Source of the DNA: Heterodontus francisci
Taxonomy: Eukaryota
NCBI RefSeq assembly: GCF_036365525.1
Contig: NC_090390.1
Span: forward strand, 55,906,153 to 55,970,152
Length of the DNA: 64,000 nt
Direction: 5' to 3'
This document shows positions 62,230-64,000 of the stretch, in pieces. Position 1 is the stretch's first letter; the number at the start of each line of letters is the position of its first letter. The position numbers and the translations under genes are program-made. Under the pieces are notes generated by a model that was not told the DNA's origin, made no database searches, and worked only from the letters and a program-made list of their open reading frames with translations.

Positions 62230-64000
62230 CCTGTTTCTCTGGCAAGATTACCATCAACATCAACATTAAAACAGGCACTCTCAGCCAAATCATGCCTACT
62301 ACGACCCACAGAAAGTGATAACACTGGAGTTAGATGCCTCACAGAAAAGCCTTGTGGTGTGCCTCCTGCAGGACGGCAAACCAATAGCATTTGGATCGAA
62401 GAGTCTATTGTCTGCCAAGGCAAACTACTCAAACATTGAACATGAGACTCTAGCATTCATTTTTGGAATCACCAGATTCCACACATATCTGTTTGGTAAG
62501 GAATTCACAGTTGAAACGGAACACAAACCTCTAGAAATGATTTGGAGGAAGCCGTTTACCCATGCTCCGCCTCACTTCCAGAGATTGCTATGAAGATCCA
62601 AGGTTACAGTTGCGATGCCAGGTACGAACCTGACAATCAGATGGTTCTGTCAGATGCACTGAGCAGACTGCTTAACCCCGGAAAGACACGGGATATACTG
62701 CTTGACTTCCAGGTCAACGAGGTAGCGCGGACATAAAGGATTTCTACAGCATCGACCTGATGTGTTTTGGTCACAGCAAATGAGAGGTACTCCAGAGAGG
62801 GACTTCCCTAGTCCCCTATGGCAGATCGCCAGAAACCATCAAGGAGATACCTGCAGACCTGAGGATATACTGGCCATATTGGGATCAGATTGGCATATTG
62901 AACGGAGTGCTTTTCAAAGGCTACCAGACATTGCTTCCAGCGACGCTGTGCTCAGGCCTACTTCGTCAGCTTCACCAGGCCATATGGGGATTGAAAAGAC
63001 AAGACGTCTTGCTTGTGGATCAGTGTTCTGGCCTGGCATTAGCAAAGATATCAACCTGGTCATAAAGGATTGCGTTGCTTGCCAAGAACACCAAGCCAAA
63101 CAACAGAAGAAGCCACCCCAGCTACACAATATCCCATCCTCTCCATGAACCAAGCTAGTGATGGACCTGCTTGCTGTCGACAAAGAGGACGACTTACTCT
63201 TAACTGATTACCATTCCAAGCATCCGATCATTCAAAGGCTCAGGAATGCGTCAGGTGCAACAGTGACCAGTACTGTTAGCGCCATTTTCAGCCTTTTCGG
63301 TGCCCCAATGGAAGTTGTATCAGACAATAGTCCACAGTACAAAGGAAAATGCTTCTAAGACATGTGCAAGAAACGGTCTGTCAATCACAGCATCTCCCCG
63401 GTAGTCTCAATCCAATGGATTGGCTGAGCACATGGTCAGAATGATGAAATCTCTGATCAGGAAATGCATAGAAACTGGACAAGACGTCCAGCTTGCGATG
63501 TGACATCTTCATGCAAATCTGTTGGATTCCAAATCGCTGTCCCCAGCTGAAATCAGTTCGGTTGGCCAGTGAGGACCACTCTCCCAAGCCATCACCTCAC
63601 AAAGTCATCTTCGATCACAGACCAAATGCAACAAAGACAGAACAGGATGAAGGGCACTCATGATAAACATGCCATTGCAGAACTACCTTCACTCCATGTC
63701 AGTCAGAAGGTAAGAGCGTTTATCCCCTCAAAAGTGTTGAAAGTTTGCAGGGAACCATGATCCTATGAGGTGACGTGACAACAGTGAATAGAACTACACT
63801 AAGAAGAAGTAAGTCTCACCTCAGAGAACTCTATGTCAGCCAGGCATGGGACAATCCAACAGCATTGCCTACGCACAAACGCGTTCGCATTGCCAATGAA
63901 GGAGCAACAAGTATCAAACCGAGCACACCAAAACCTGAAGACAGCCATTCCAAACCCATACCTCAGGCCAAGAAAACCAGGAGAGGAAGGGGTCTGAGGC

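Larger units (their letters stand above)
56382..64000 (+). mobile_element. Gypsy LTR retrotransposon (related to 9464-14159), interrupted by Tx1 and a MITE, running off the window
   Basis: LTR 56382-56594 (TGTTG...CAATA, AATAAA) and PBS TGGTGGCAGTGATGGGA 56595-56611. Gag IAIGNEG and IMELVIVSTPIEAFQKDL, protease remnant (KINTRASGNTLP), RNase H (LELDAS...YSNIEHE), integrase (GHMGIEKT, VVSDNSPQY). Confidence 0.9.

Noticed and set aside
1-64000. CRISPR arrays, rRNA genes, operons or phage/defence systems
   Set aside because: I saw no regularly spaced repeat-spacer arrays, rRNA-like sequence or prokaryotic gene organisation. The window is vertebrate repeat-rich DNA.

Overview
This is a eukaryotic, repeat-dominated window, most likely from a cartilaginous fish: it carries HE1/V-SINE and Deu-SINE copies and shark-type CR1, L2 and Penelope tails. 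I found no intact host gene. Most of the window is nested transposon debris: five or more PIF/Harbinger elements (HARBI1-like transposase plus a convergent, intron-containing Myb/SANT gene) and their MITEs, two related tRNA-Leu-primed Gypsy elements, two or three other LTR remnants, several CR1/L2/RTE LINEs, short Penelope ends with hammerhead-like cores, and one Tx1-clade (L1-like) element. The most unusual observation is that the Tx1 element begins with the first ~30 nt of U1 snRNA, placed about 40 bp upstream of ORF1 and inside a Gypsy element rather than in a U1 gene. Other signals are a palindromic Harbinger target preference with non-canonical 3-bp TSDs, shared intron positions in the Harbinger Myb genes, and weak exon candidates on both strands. 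Family assignments come from motif recognition by eye, not database searches. Boundaries without TSD/TIR support are approximate.
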